Position numbers and translations under genes: made by a program | Source of the DNA: an uncultured Pseudomonadales bacterium | GTDB lineage: Bacteria; Pseudomonadota; Gammaproteobacteria; Pseudomonadales; Azotimanducaceae | Length of the DNA: 64,000 nt | Reading direction: 5' to 3' | NCBI GenBank assembly: GCA_943788715.1 | Contig: CALSRI010000004.1 | Location: 29,876-93,875, forward strand | Notes under the pieces: generated by a model | What the model was told of the DNA's origin: nothing | The model's input: the letters and a program-made list of their open reading frames with translations, nothing else | The model's database searches: none | Part shown: positions 10,539 through 20,295 of the stretch, piece after piece | How the letters are laid out: the number at the start of each line of letters is the position of its first letter | How positions within the stretch are numbered: position 1 is the first letter of the stretch

Positions 10539-11006
10539 GTGCAACTGAAAAATAGAACACCTTGTGTAGGTATTTGTTCCACAACTTACGGTGATTTAGT
10601 TTGTCGGGGTTGCAAACGTTTTTCTCACGAGATCGTTCAATGGAACGGCTATGACAAAGATCAGCAAGGTCTGATTTGGGATCGACTGACCAGTTTACGT
10701 GATGAAGTACTGGACTATTTGTTGGTGCGCAATGATGAGGCGTTGTACATGACCACGTGCAGTGAAGCTGGTTTGGCTGACGTCGATGCCAATGAGCAAC
10801 GCTATCAACTGCTCCGCTGGATGGTCCGTGATAATAAAACTTTAAACGAGGCTGGTATGGCATTGGTTGCAGACTTTGTAGCGCCGGCCTCACCAAACCC
10901 CAATCCAAATCAAACTGATACGTTGACCGCGCTGCAAGCTTTAGACGCTGAGACTTATAGCCGTTCAAAAGCGCACTATGAACGTAATTTTAAGGTGCCT
11001 GTATGA
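10539..11006 (+). CDS. DUF1289-domain protein (putative Fe-S/metal-binding)
   Basis: TPCVGICSTTYGDLVCRGCKRF.HEI..WN pattern. Confidence 0.85.
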   Translation: MQLKNRTPCVGICSTTYGDLVCRGCKRFSHEIVQWNGYDKDQQGLIWDRLTSLRDEVLDYLLVRNDEALYMTTCSEAGLADVDANEQRYQLLRWMVRDNKTLNEAGMALVADFVAPASPNPNPNQTDTLTALQALDAETYSRSKAHYERNFKVPV

Positions 11007-11635
11007 ACGCTACAGCAGAGAAAGCGGTGGCACGTGTTAAAGCGTTTATCCGTACGCCTACACCCCAGGCTTGGCTTGATGCCGCGCCAAATCATCTGCC
11101 TGAATTATTGATTGATCATGCGAACTGCGAAAAAAAGGCTGCTAGTACGGCGTTGAGTATGATTTATCGCTATGTTGACCACGGCGATGTTTTACACAAA
11201 ATGTCCAAGCTTGCCAGAGAAGAGTTGCGTCACTTCGAGCAGGTTTTGGATTTGATGGAAGATCAGGGCGTCGCTTACCAACAAATGACCTCAGCGCGAT
11301 ATGCGCAGGGATTGCACGGGCAAATTAGCAAGCAAGAACCTTTGCGGCTAATCGATCAACTGGTTTGTGGTGCGGTGGTTGAAGCGCGCTCATGTGAACG
11401 TTTTGCGAGCTTAGTTGGCGTTGTGCCTGAAGCGTTGGGTAATTTGTACAAGACACTGCTGAACTCGGAGGCGCGGCACTTTCAAGATTATTTAACGCTC
11501 GCGCGAGCGGTTAATGGTCGAACAGGAGGGTGCGTAGATATTGAGCAGCGCATCGACGCGTTTTTAGAGTTGGATCGGGAAATGATAACTGGCCCTGATG
11601 ATCAGTTCAGATTCCATAGCGGTGTGCCAAGTTAA
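11003..11635 (+). CDS. miaE: tRNA-(ms2io6A)-hydroxylase
   Basis: LIDHANCEKKAA, EELRHFEQV, EARSCERF, SEARHFQDY and RFHSG di-iron motifs. Confidence 0.93.
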   Translation: MNATAEKAVARVKAFIRTPTPQAWLDAAPNHLPELLIDHANCEKKAASTALSMIYRYVDHGDVLHKMSKLAREELRHFEQVLDLMEDQGVAYQQMTSARYAQGLHGQISKQEPLRLIDQLVCGAVVEARSCERFASLVGVVPEALGNLYKTLLNSEARHFQDYLTLARAVNGRTGGCVDIEQRIDAFLELDREMITGPDDQFRFHSGVPS

Positions 11636-12326
11636 AACACTCCAAGGTGAACTTGTCGCCGACTTGACGGCATAGCCACCCGCAGGGTCCCCAGTCTCCT
11701 AAAACAATTCGTTCACTCTGTCTTTGCCCAATCTTATGCTCGCCCGGCCTATGGGTATGACCGTGAATAAGGCGCTTAATGTTTGGTGTTACAAAATTGG
11801 TTACTGCGCTAGCATTGACATCCATAATGGCGGAAGACTTATTTGCATTGTTAGCAATGCTTTCGGCTCTTAAGCCTTGGCCAAATTTTATTCTTTCTGC
11901 TAAAGACTTTCTTAGTATGTCTTGTTGCCAAGCCTCGCTGCGCAGGATTTTGCGCATTTCTTGGTACTCACCGTCGTCAGTGCACAGAGCATCGCCGTGA
12001 GTCAGCAGAATTTCTTCATCCAATGTGGTCGGATCATTAATCAATTTTACCCCGGCTTGAGCCGCAAATTTTTCTCCAAACAGAAAGTCTCTGTTGCCAT
12101 GCATTAAGAAGATTTTGCAGTGTTTGGATGCTTTGCTGAGTAACTCTGTAAGGGCGGCGGCGATAGGGCTGTTGTCGTCATCGCCAATCCACATTTCAAC
12201 AAGATCGCCAAGAATGTAAATCTCGTCCACCTGTTTTGCTTCGGCCTCAAGGCATGCTGCAAAGCCAATGAATACTTTGTCTTCGGGATCGCTTAAATGT
12301 AAATCCGAAAGAAATATTCGCTGCAT
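11607..12326 (-). CDS. lpxH: UDP-2,3-diacylglucosamine diphosphatase
   Basis: FLSDLHL, LGDL.E.WIGDD, MHGNRDF, HGD.LCTDD, HGHTHRP and VLGDW. Confidence 0.95.
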   Translation of the reverse strand: MQRIFLSDLHLSDPEDKVFIGFAACLEAEAKQVDEIYILGDLVEMWIGDDDNSPIAAALTELLSKASKHCKIFLMHGNRDFLFGEKFAAQAGVKLINDPTTLDEEILLTHGDALCTDDGEYQEMRKILRSEAWQQDILRKSLAERIKFGQGLRAESIANNANKSSAIMDVNASAVTNFVTPNIKRLIHGHTHRPGEHKIGQRQSERIVLGDWGPCGWLCRQVGDKFTLECFNLAHRYGI

Positions 12327-13198
12327 TAGTCATTTACCCAATCTATGCCCAGGCGTTCAGCAGCCGCTTGCATTGTATTTTGCAATAACGCGACGCGCGT
12401 CATTGGTCCAACTCCGCCAGGGACGGGTGTGATCCAGCTAGCTACTTCTTTGGCGGTGTCAAATTCCACATCACCAAAGAGTTTGTTGTTTGCTCCTCGA
12501 GTAATACCCACATCAATAACGATGGCACCTGGCTTAATCCAGTCACCAGGAACGAGTCCGGGTTTGCCCACTGCGCTTATCACTAGGTCTGATTGACGCA
12601 CTATATCTGGTGTGTTTTTAGTGAATTTGTGGGCGGTTGTCACGGTGCTGCCAGCTAGCAATAGCTCCAAACCCATGGGTCTTCCCACATGATTGGACGC
12701 GCCTATGATTGTGGCCGTGAGGTCTTTGAAGGGGGCGTTGATGTGCTTAAGCATACGCATAATACCTTTTGGGGTGCAGCTGCGTAGCGTTGGCCTTCGT
12801 AGTGCAAGGCGACCGATGTTATATGCGTGAAATCCGTCGACATCTTTTTCAGGCAAGATAGCATCGATAATACGGTTTTCGTCCAGATGCTCAGGTAATG
12901 GAGTTTGTACCAAAATACCGTCAATCCTTGGGTTTTCGTTTAACGCAGCGATGCGTTCTTCCAACTCGGCTTGAGTTATAGAGGCGGGTAAGTGCTGTGC
13001 TTCAGAATGCAAGCCCACTTCTTCACAATCTCGGCGCTTACCATTTACATAAACTTCTGACGCAGGATCGTTACCCACAAGGATTACCGCTAGACCCGGG
13101 GTTCGAAAATCTTGGTCCTGCCATTTTTCGATATCAGCCCTAAGATCACTGCGTATAGATTTGGCTAAGGCTTTGCCGTCTAGTATCTGGGCCGTCAT
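12326..13198 (-). CDS. folD: methylenetetrahydrofolate dehydrogenase/cyclohydrolase
   Basis: PGLAVILVG.DPAS..YV..K, KDVDGFH, CTPKG, GASNHVGRP and TPVPGGVGPMT. Confidence 0.97.
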   Translation of the reverse strand: MTAQILDGKALAKSIRSDLRADIEKWQDQDFRTPGLAVILVGNDPASEVYVNGKRRDCEEVGLHSEAQHLPASITQAELEERIAALNENPRIDGILVQTPLPEHLDENRIIDAILPEKDVDGFHAYNIGRLALRRPTLRSCTPKGIMRMLKHINAPFKDLTATIIGASNHVGRPMGLELLLAGSTVTTAHKFTKNTPDIVRQSDLVISAVGKPGLVPGDWIKPGAIVIDVGITRGANNKLFGDVEFDTAKEVASWITPVPGGVGPMTRVALLQNTMQAAAERLGIDWVND

Positions 13199-13336
13199 GT
13201 GTTCTCCTAAAACGACAGTTTACTACTCAGTTAGAGCATTCACTAACATTCGCTCCATATTTTTCTCTTTATGGGTTAGTTAATGTGGGTTTAAGGCCAG
13301 ATACGAGCAATATCCCATAAAAAGCGACGAAGTAGT

Positions 13337-13365
13337 TTGACCACTATTTTTTTGATCAGTATGAT
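13337..13365 (+). promoter_or_regulatory. sigma70 promoter of the tRNA cluster
   Basis: TTGACC-17 bp-TATGAT followed by a GC-rich discriminator (GCGCTCC), 35 bp before tRNA-Pro. Confidence 0.75.
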
Positions 13366-13400
13366 GCGCTCCGAACTGCAGCGAAGTTGGTGCAGCGAAT

Positions 13401-13477
13401 CGGGGTATAGCGCAGTCTGGTAGCGCGCCTGCTTTGGGAGCAGGATGTCGGGAGTTCGAATCTCTCTACCCCGACCA
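13401..13477 (+). tRNA. tRNA-Pro(UGG)
   Basis: Full cloverleaf; anticodon arm CCTGC-TTTGGGA-GCAGG; T-loop TTCGAAT; encoded CCA. Confidence 0.97.
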
Positions 13478-13566
13478 TTTTTTTCGGCGGCTGGAAGCAC
13501 CTTCCAACGCTCACCCAATAATTCTTCAATCCACTGAAAAGTACTGATATCTGCTGATTGAAGAGG

Positions 13567-13663
13567 TGACTTATATCTGGGGGTATAGCTCAACTGGATA
13601 GAGCAACGCCCTTCTAAGGCGTAGGTTCGGGGTTCGACTCCCTGTGCCCCTAGATATAAGTCA
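13567..13663. repeat. perfect 12-bp inverted repeat enclosing tRNA-Arg (TGACTTATATCT / AGATATAAGTCA)
   Basis: Arms at 13567-13578 and 13652-13663, contiguous with the acceptor stem. Confidence 0.92.
13579..13652 (+). tRNA. tRNA-Arg(UCU), no encoded CCA
   Basis: D stem GCTC/GAGC; anticodon arm ACGCC-CTTCTAA-GGCGT; T arm CGGGG-TTCGACT-CCCTG; acceptor GGGGGTA/TGCCCCT; A20 and A73 present; GAT follows instead of CCA. Confidence 0.92.
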
Positions 13664-13824
13664 GCTAAATGGTGACAGCACTTCATATCTCGCTATCTCG
13701 CTGTCTGGTGGCGGTGATCTTTAAGCGCGGTCGACTTTCTTATCAATCGGCCATTTTCTTTGCTAACGCCAAATCTATTCTAAGACAAAGCGGAAAACCT
13801 CTGGCGTCTAGGTCAAGTCATCCC

Positions 13825-13830
13825 TATAAT
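13825..13830 (+). promoter_or_regulatory. possible -10 box for tRNA-His
   Basis: Perfect TATAAT 12 bp before the tRNA; the -35 match is poor. Confidence 0.45.
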
Positions 13831-13842
13831 TCTCGCTCCATT

Positions 13843-13919
13843 GGTGGGCGTAGCTCAGTTGGTAGAGCTCCGGATTGTGATTCCGGCGGTCGTGGGTTCA
13901 AACCCCATCGTCCACCCCA
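13843..13919 (+). tRNA. tRNA-His(GUG)
   Basis: Cloverleaf with G-1 and C73; anticodon arm CCGGA-TTGTGAT-TCCGG; encoded CCA. Confidence 0.96.
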
Positions 13920-14212
13920 ATTCAGTTTTTGTTGCACATGTTCATCAAGTTTCACGGGCAGCAAGGGCATTATTTCTCCCTCAAGACGACAAAGACCTCA
14001 GAGAAGATAGATACCCCAAAAGGGTAAGGACTTACTCTGCTCTTTTGTTAGTCCGCATAAATGCTCCTAGTGAAGTATACGAACCGAACGCAGACCCTTG
14101 GTTGTTCAAAAGTAGATGTAACATCACACGCGACAAGCCATTATGTAAATGGCTTGCAAGGAAAGTGATTTCACCTGTGTGGTTTTTCCTGTTTGACGCG
14201 GCTTGATTTCGG

Positions 14213-14824
14213 CTAGGTCATTTCAATGGCGACCTTAAACGCTGGCCGATTTGCTACACGCTCCACATAAGCTTTTAGGTGGGGCATATCTTCGTTTACA
14301 CAGCCAAGCCTATTACCCATAAAGCATGCATGACCCAACATTATGTCAGCGGCAGAAAAATCACCAATTAGGTAATCTTTTCCAGCCAGAGCATCGTTTA
14401 CAGGTTCCAATGCTTTGCTGAGTAATCGCTGAGCTTGGCCTAGTGCTTTCTCGTCTCTTCGTTCAGGGGGTAGCAGGATAGTTTGCACAACAATAGTGTT
14501 AACTGGTGGCATGACCATTCCCTCGCAATAGTGAAACCATTGTAGGTAGTCTGGGAATAGGGTGGAGTTTTCGTCTGGTTTGAGTCCGCCATTTTTATGC
14601 CTTGCGATAACATATTCAACAATTGCGCCAGATTCAAAGATGGATATATCGCCATCATCCAAAACGGGTACACGCCCAAGAGGGTGCCGTGCCCTATGTT
14701 CGTCGGACTTTAGGTCTTTGGGGTGAAAGGCCATTTTGTTGATTTCATAAGGTAAGTCTAGTTCTTCTAATAGCCAAACAATTCTTCCGGCACGGGAATT
14801 TGGAGCAAAATGTAACTTCAACAT
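14213..14824 (-). CDS. glutathione S-transferase family protein
   Basis: APNSRAGRIVWLLEEL, HPLGRVPVL, IFESGAI..Y and YLIGDFSAADIM. Confidence 0.92.
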   Translation of the reverse strand: MLKLHFAPNSRAGRIVWLLEELDLPYEINKMAFHPKDLKSDEHRARHPLGRVPVLDDGDISIFESGAIVEYVIARHKNGGLKPDENSTLFPDYLQWFHYCEGMVMPPVNTIVVQTILLPPERRDEKALGQAQRLLSKALEPVNDALAGKDYLIGDFSAADIMLGHACFMGNRLGCVNEDMPHLKAYVERVANRPAFKVAIEMT

Positions 14825-15101
14825 TGTAGGTAATCCTCGGTTTCAGGTTGTTGATAGTGAATATTTGCTAATAGTTTTATACCTTCACCCCGCAAGGTGC
14901 AATTGTTGTTGGTGGAGAGCGCCTGCATTTACTAAACAGGGTAGGGCATTTTGGGAGTCTGTTTTGGTAAATCTTTTTCGCGCCTCTTGTCGTTAGTTTT
15001 CAGCGCGCTTCGCCCTAAAAATTTCGGTGCGAATAATTAGCATAAATCGTTTCTGGCATATGCTAAGTTTTGGGCATCAAATTTTTGCTGGGGAGCAGAG
15101 T

Positions 15102-16232
15102 ATGAAATCTGAATTGTGTGAAAAGCTTGGCATAGAGTTTCCAATATTTGCCTTTAATCACTGTCGTGACGTAATCGTTGAAGTATCTAAAGCCGGAGGC
15201 ATGGGGATTCTTGGCGCTGCCGGGCTTTCGCCTGAAGCTTTAGAAATCGAGTTAAAGTGGATTGATGATCACATTGACGGCAAACCTTATGGTGTAGACA
15301 TCATTGTACCGACCACAATGGCGGCTCAAGACAATGAAGTGCCAACAGATATTAGTGCACTGGTGCCTGATGAGCATAGAAATTTTGCCGCATCGGTGCT
15401 GGCCCAGCATGGTCTCGATAGCGGCGGAATATACGACTTTAGCGCAAGTACCAGTGACGCATTTTTAGGTGAGAGCAAGGCTGCGGCGTTGATGGATGTG
15501 GCGTTTTCCCACCCGATCAAAATGATTGCCAATGCACTTGGAGTGCCACCGCGTTACATGTTGGAGCTGGGTAAGGCTAATAATGTTGCGGTAGCAGCTT
15601 TGGTTGGTGCTAAAGAACATGCCGTAAAGCAAGCAGAAGCTGGAGTCGATGTTATCGTCGTACAAGGCACAGAAGCCGGTGGCCATTGTGGTGAAGTATC
15701 GACCATGGTGCTAGTGCCTGAGGTTTGTGAAGCTATAAAGGAATTTAAGAATATTTCTGTGCTTGCTGCGGGAGGCATTATCTTGGGCAGGCAAATGGCT
15801 GCTGCAATGACCATGGGCGCTCATGGTGCATGGACCGGTTCTATGTGGTTAACCACATCTGAAGCCTCTACTTCCCAAGTGATTAAAGAAAAAATGCTCT
15901 CTACTAATTCCAGAGATACAGTTCGTTCACGCAGTCGTACGGGCAAGTATTCACGACAAATGCGCTCGCCTTGGACGGATGCCTGGGAAGATGAGCATGC
16001 GCCGGATCCATTACCCATGCCGCTACAACCCTTGGTTAGCGAGCCAGCATTGAGCAAAATTACCAAAATGGCAGAGGGCGGGCACCCGGGGGCTAGGCAA
16101 CTGGCTACTTATTGGGTGGGCCAGGGAGTGGGTCTGATGAATGAAGTGCAGTCGTGCAAAACAGTTATGTACGAGTTCATGCAAGACTTCTTAGCCGCCA
16201 CGGAAAAAATGCAGAGAATAATGGGTGATTAG
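15102..16232 (+). CDS. nitronate monooxygenase / FMN-dependent oxidoreductase family protein
   Basis: LGIEFPIFAF.HC, QG.EAGGHCG, LAAGGI..GR.MAAA..MGA.G.WTG and GQGVG. Start moved to ATG 15102 behind GGAG. Confidence 0.88.
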   Translation: MKSELCEKLGIEFPIFAFNHCRDVIVEVSKAGGMGILGAAGLSPEALEIELKWIDDHIDGKPYGVDIIVPTTMAAQDNEVPTDISALVPDEHRNFAASVLAQHGLDSGGIYDFSASTSDAFLGESKAAALMDVAFSHPIKMIANALGVPPRYMLELGKANNVAVAALVGAKEHAVKQAEAGVDVIVVQGTEAGGHCGEVSTMVLVPEVCEAIKEFKNISVLAAGGIILGRQMAAAMTMGAHGAWTGSMWLTTSEASTSQVIKEKMLSTNSRDTVRSRSRTGKYSRQMRSPWTDAWEDEHAPDPLPMPLQPLVSEPALSKITKMAEGGHPGARQLATYWVGQGVGLMNEVQSCKTVMYEFMQDFLAATEKMQRIMGD

Positions 16233-16563
16233 GCTCACTCGCGCATAGACATCACCCATCTAGGAAGTTGTTTAGTAGGTGGTTACAGCATCCTTGTAGG
16301 TAGCTCCTGGGGGCCAGAAAATTCGAAACTGGGACCAACGTTAGACACTGTCGCCCCTGACTCGACGCTTCGAGAGAAAGGTGAACATTTCTAAAACATT
16401 TGCGTGAATCGTGGTGTAAGATAGTCGGCGATTTGACCTATGCGGTTTCGTAAGTCACAACGAATTTTGGTAGGGGGTGCAACATTTTGCACTTAATAGT
16501 TAAGAGGGAATGAATCTCTTAGCTAACCCATTTCTTTTGTATCCACCTCAAATGAATTAGAGA

Positions 16564-17916
16564 ATGAACGTATCTATTGAAACAATGACGGGCCTTGAAC
16601 GGCGATTAACCATAGCCATCGACAGCAATCAGTTTGAAGACCAGATAGCATTAAGATTAGAAGACGCGCGCGGCAAAGTGAAGTTGCCAGGTTTTAGAGC
16701 GGGCAAGGTACCTTTAAAGGAAGTTAGACGCCGTTACGGTAGCGCTATTCGCGCTGAAGTAGCTGGCGAGTTGATGCAAAGCAGTTTTGCTCAAGCAGTT
16801 CAGCAAGAATCCTTAACACCGGCTGGATCGCCTAAGTTAGACGTAATCAAAATGGATCCAGGTATAGATTTTGAATTCACTGCAACCTTCGAGGTTTTTC
16901 CATCGGTAGAACTCGCTAACTTTGACAAGATTGCTGTTAAGCGACCTAGCGCGGAAATCGCCGACTCTGATTTAGAAGATATGGTTGCCAAGTTACGTGA
17001 ACAGAATGCTACACAAGAAGTAGTCGAACGCCCGTCAGCCGATGGAGATAACATTACCGTAGACTTTGAAGGCACATTAGACGGTGAGCGTGTTGAATCA
17101 GCATGCGGCGAAGGGATGTCTTTTAATATTGGCAAAGGCCAGATGATTGAAGACTTTGATAAAGGCGTTATCGGGTTATCTGCCGGTGAAGAATCAACAT
17201 TTGACGCAGTATTCCCAGATGATTATCAAGCTGAGGATATGCAGGGAAAAACTGTTCAATTCAGCGTCAAAGTGATTGATGTTAAAGAAACGCAGCTGCC
17301 AGAGTTGAATGAAGAGTTCTTCAAGAAGTTCGGTATTGATGAAACTACCGAAGAAGCGTTTCGCACTGAAGTGAAAGCTAATATGACTCGAGAACTAGAT
17401 TCAGCAATTAAGAATCAAGTTAAGCAGCAGGCGATGGACGGATTAGGCGAGATCCATGATTTTGCGCTACCTCATGATGTGGTACACCGTGAAATTCACG
17501 TGCTCAAAGATCAAATGATGAGTCAGTTTCAGATGCCTCCTGGTCAAGCTCAACAGCTCGATTTGCCAGATGCGTTATTTCAAGACCAGGCAGAAAAACG
17601 TGTCAAAGTTGGCCTTGTTGTGAACGAAATCATGACTAGCAAAGCTATGGCCGCAGACCCAGAAAAGATAGATGCACGCTTGCAGGAAATTGCAGCACCT
17701 TACGGTGAGCCAGATCAAGTGATTGAATGGTATCGAAGTAATCCGGAGCAAATGAACAATATTGAAATGGCCGTACTTGAAGATCAAGTAGTCGACCTCA
17801 TAATGGAACAAGCCACGGTAGAAGAAGTAGTGTCTACCTATACTGATGTGATCAGTGGAGCAGCTATTGCAGAGCCTGAAGAGTCCAGTGATGAAGACGC
17901 TGGAGCCGAAAAGTAG
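16564..17916 (+). CDS. tig: trigger factor
   Basis: LPGFRAGKVP ribosome-binding loop, FKBP segment (G.GQMIEDF) and C-terminal domain. Confidence 0.97.
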   Translation: MNVSIETMTGLERRLTIAIDSNQFEDQIALRLEDARGKVKLPGFRAGKVPLKEVRRRYGSAIRAEVAGELMQSSFAQAVQQESLTPAGSPKLDVIKMDPGIDFEFTATFEVFPSVELANFDKIAVKRPSAEIADSDLEDMVAKLREQNATQEVVERPSADGDNITVDFEGTLDGERVESACGEGMSFNIGKGQMIEDFDKGVIGLSAGEESTFDAVFPDDYQAEDMQGKTVQFSVKVIDVKETQLPELNEEFFKKFGIDETTEEAFRTEVKANMTRELDSAIKNQVKQQAMDGLGEIHDFALPHDVVHREIHVLKDQMMSQFQMPPGQAQQLDLPDALFQDQAEKRVKVGLVVNEIMTSKAMAADPEKIDARLQEIAAPYGEPDQVIEWYRSNPEQMNNIEMAVLEDQVVDLIMEQATVEEVVSTYTDVISGAAIAEPEESSDEDAGAEK

Positions 17917-17991
17917 GTTACTGAAAAACAATAGAGATTATTAGATAAGCGCAGTACTTGCCGGCTGAGGTCGGCAGACTTGGAGAAAAAA

Positions 17992-18642
17992 ATGTCAGAT
18001 ATTCGAGATCGATTAACCCAGCCAGCGCAAGGGTTAGGTATGGTCCCAATGGTTGTAGAGCAAACCGCTCGTGGCGAACGTGCTTACGACATCTATTCCA
18101 GACTATTGAAGGACCGTATCATCTTTTTGGTGGGTCCCGTAGAAGATCACATGGCAAACCTTGTAGTTGCTCAGATGTTGTTCTTGGAATCTGAAAATCC
18201 AGATAAAGACATCAATCTTTACATCAACTCCCCGGGTGGCTCGGTGACGGCTGGGCTGTCTATTTACGACACAATGCAGTTTGTTAAGCCTAATGTGAGC
18301 ACTTTATGTGTGGGACAGGCCGCTAGCATGGGGGCATTTTTGTTAGCTGCTGGTGCTCCTGGTAAGCGCTATGCGCTGCCCAACTCGCGCATGATGTTGC
18401 ATCAACCGTCAGGTGGTTCGCGCGGAGTGGCGTCAGATATTGAAATTCAAGCGCAAGAGATCTTGTTAATGCGCGAGCAGTTAAACAATATTATTGCCAA
18501 GCATACTGGTCAAGATGTAGAAACCGTGGCAAAAGATACCGATAGGGACTTTTGGATGAGTCCTGATGCAGCGAAAGAGTATGGTCTTGTCGATGAAGTG
18601 CAGTTGAGCCGAACAGATCGCGCCGAGTCAGCTAAAGATTAG
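17992..18642 (+). CDS. clpP: ATP-dependent Clp protease proteolytic subunit
   Basis: [28 protein letters not shown] (Ser), HQP (His) and DRDFWM. Start ATG 17992 behind GGAG. Confidence 0.98.
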   Translation: MSDIRDRLTQPAQGLGMVPMVVEQTARGERAYDIYSRLLKDRIIFLVGPVEDHMANLVVAQMLFLESENPDKDINLYINSPGGSVTAGLSIYDTMQFVKPNVSTLCVGQAASMGAFLLAAGAPGKRYALPNSRMMLHQPSGGSRGVASDIEIQAQEILLMREQLNNIIAKHTGQDVETVAKDTDRDFWMSPDAAKEYGLVDEVQLSRTDRAESAKD

Positions 18643-18822
18643 GTTATTTTCAGCAGGCCCGTGGGCTTGCATTAAAGCTCCTGAGCAAGCAATGTAATCA
18701 GGATTGAAAAGTCTCGTGTTGCAGTTTTACTGCGATGTTAGGACGCGAGAATGGAATGTGAAAGCCAAGTGTTGTGCAAATTAGCAGCGGATACTTGGCA
18801 AGAGTAATGGGATATCGAAGCT

Positions 18823-20103
18823 ATGTCGGAAGAAAATGGCAGTGGGGACGATTCAGGCAAGTTATTGTACTGTTCGTTTTGTGGCAAGAGCCAACATGAG
18901 GTTCGCAAGCTAATTGCGGGACCTTCAGTATTTATCTGTGATGAATGTGTCGAATTGTGTAATGACATCATCAGAGAAGAAGTTTCAGAAGCTGCTCAAT
19001 CAAGTGAAGCCAGTAAACTTCCGGTGCCCACCGAGATTAATAAAACCCTAGACGAATATGTAATTGGTCAGGAGCACGCGAAGAAGGTGCTATCTGTTGC
19101 CGTCTACAATCATTACAAGCGTCTAAATTACGCAGCAAAAAAAGACGACGTTGAGTTGTCAAAATCGAATATTTTGCTCATTGGCCCGACGGGTTGCGGT
19201 AAAACCTTGCTAGCTGAAACATTAGCTAGGATGCTTGATGTACCCTTTACTATTGCTGATGCCACAACGCTCACAGAAGCTGGGTATGTTGGTGAGGACG
19301 TAGAAAACATAATCCAAAAGCTGCTGCAAAAGTGTGATTATGATGTGGAGCGCGCTCAGGTAGGCATAGTCTATATCGATGAAATCGACAAAATTTCAAG
19401 AAAGTCAGATAATCCATCCATCACTCGGGATGTTTCAGGCGAGGGCGTTCAACAGGCCTTATTGAAGCTCATCGAGGGCACGGTTGCCTCTGTTCCTCCT
19501 CAAGGTGGTCGAAAGCATCCTCAGCAAGAATTTTTGCAGGTAGATACCTCTAAGATCCTATTTATCTGCGGTGGTGCCTTTGCTGGCCTAGATCGAGTGA
19601 TTTCTGACCGTTCAGACAAGTCTGGTATCGGGTTTGGCGCACAGGTCAAGGGCGATTCTGATCGCACGAGTATTGGCGAGACACTGCGCTCCGTGGAACC
19701 TGAAGATTTAGTTCGCTATGGCCTTATCCCAGAATTTGTTGGGCGGTTGCCAGTTGTCGCAACATTGGGTGAGTTAGACAACGATGCCCTGATCCGAATT
19801 CTTACAGAACCGAAAAACTCTCTGACCAAGCAATACACCAAGTTGTTTGAGATGGAAGGAGTGGACGTAGACTTCCGTGATGATGCATTGCACGCCATAG
19901 CGAATAAGGCCACAGAGCGCAAAACTGGCGCGCGTGGACTGCGTTCGATACTTGAAGCGGTGTTGTTAGACACAATGTATGAACTGCCTGCGTCTGAATC
20001 AGTCAGCAAAGTAGTCATTGATGAAAGTGTGATCAAAGGTGAGAGTGAGCCAATGTTGATCTACGAAAATCTAGATCAAGCGAAAGTCGCACCTGAAGAC
20101 TAA
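18823..20103 (+). CDS. clpX: ATP-dependent Clp protease ATP-binding subunit
   Basis: Zn finger CSFC...[29 protein letters not shown] and IGF loop. Confidence 0.98.
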   Translation: MSEENGSGDDSGKLLYCSFCGKSQHEVRKLIAGPSVFICDECVELCNDIIREEVSEAAQSSEASKLPVPTEINKTLDEYVIGQEHAKKVLSVAVYNHYKRLNYAAKKDDVELSKSNILLIGPTGCGKTLLAETLARMLDVPFTIADATTLTEAGYVGEDVENIIQKLLQKCDYDVERAQVGIVYIDEIDKISRKSDNPSITRDVSGEGVQQALLKLIEGTVASVPPQGGRKHPQQEFLQVDTSKILFICGGAFAGLDRVISDRSDKSGIGFGAQVKGDSDRTSIGETLRSVEPEDLVRYGLIPEFVGRLPVVATLGELDNDALIRILTEPKNSLTKQYTKLFEMEGVDVDFRDDALHAIANKATERKTGARGLRSILEAVLLDTMYELPASESVSKVVIDESVIKGESEPMLIYENLDQAKVAPED

Positions 20104-20132
20104 GAGCCTGCATTGTCGTTCATTAGGCCACA

Positions 20133-20155
20133 CCGCTCGCGTGTTTAGCGAGCGG
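20133..20155 (+). terminator. stem-loop 3' of clpX (no immediate U-tract)
   Basis: CCGCTCGC-GTGTTTA-GCGAGCGG. Confidence 0.5.
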
Positions 20156-20230
20156 CGTAGTCTGTCTTCTTTTTGGTTAACACCAACCATAATAATTCAT
20201 CAGCAAAAGTGTATATTTTAAGGGCGAAAG

Positions 20231-20260
20231 CCCTTGAGGTTTAGCTTATCGTCCGCATTG
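20231..20260 (+). promoter_or_regulatory. possible sigma32 promoter of lon
   Basis: CTTGAG-14 bp-CCGCATTG compared with consensus CTTGAA/CCCCATNT; lon is a typical RpoH target. Confidence 0.45.
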
Positions 20261-20295
20261 TAATACCTAGCCTATTGAGTATTTAGAGAGAAATT

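Noticed and set aside
14141-14150. dif-like TTATGTAAAT
   Set aside because: One base short of the XerD arm (TTATGTTAAAT), no XerC arm or 6-bp spacer, and it is explained as part of a hairpin.
13291-14206. ORFs 13291-13686, 13669-14010 and 13841-14206
   Set aside because: They run through tRNA genes; the translations are tRNA read-through artefacts.
16233-16563. att duplication of the tRNA-His 3' end or a tRNA-Leu remnant
   Set aside because: No repeat of the tRNA 3' sequence found; TTCGAAACTGGGACCA near 16322 does not form a T-arm.
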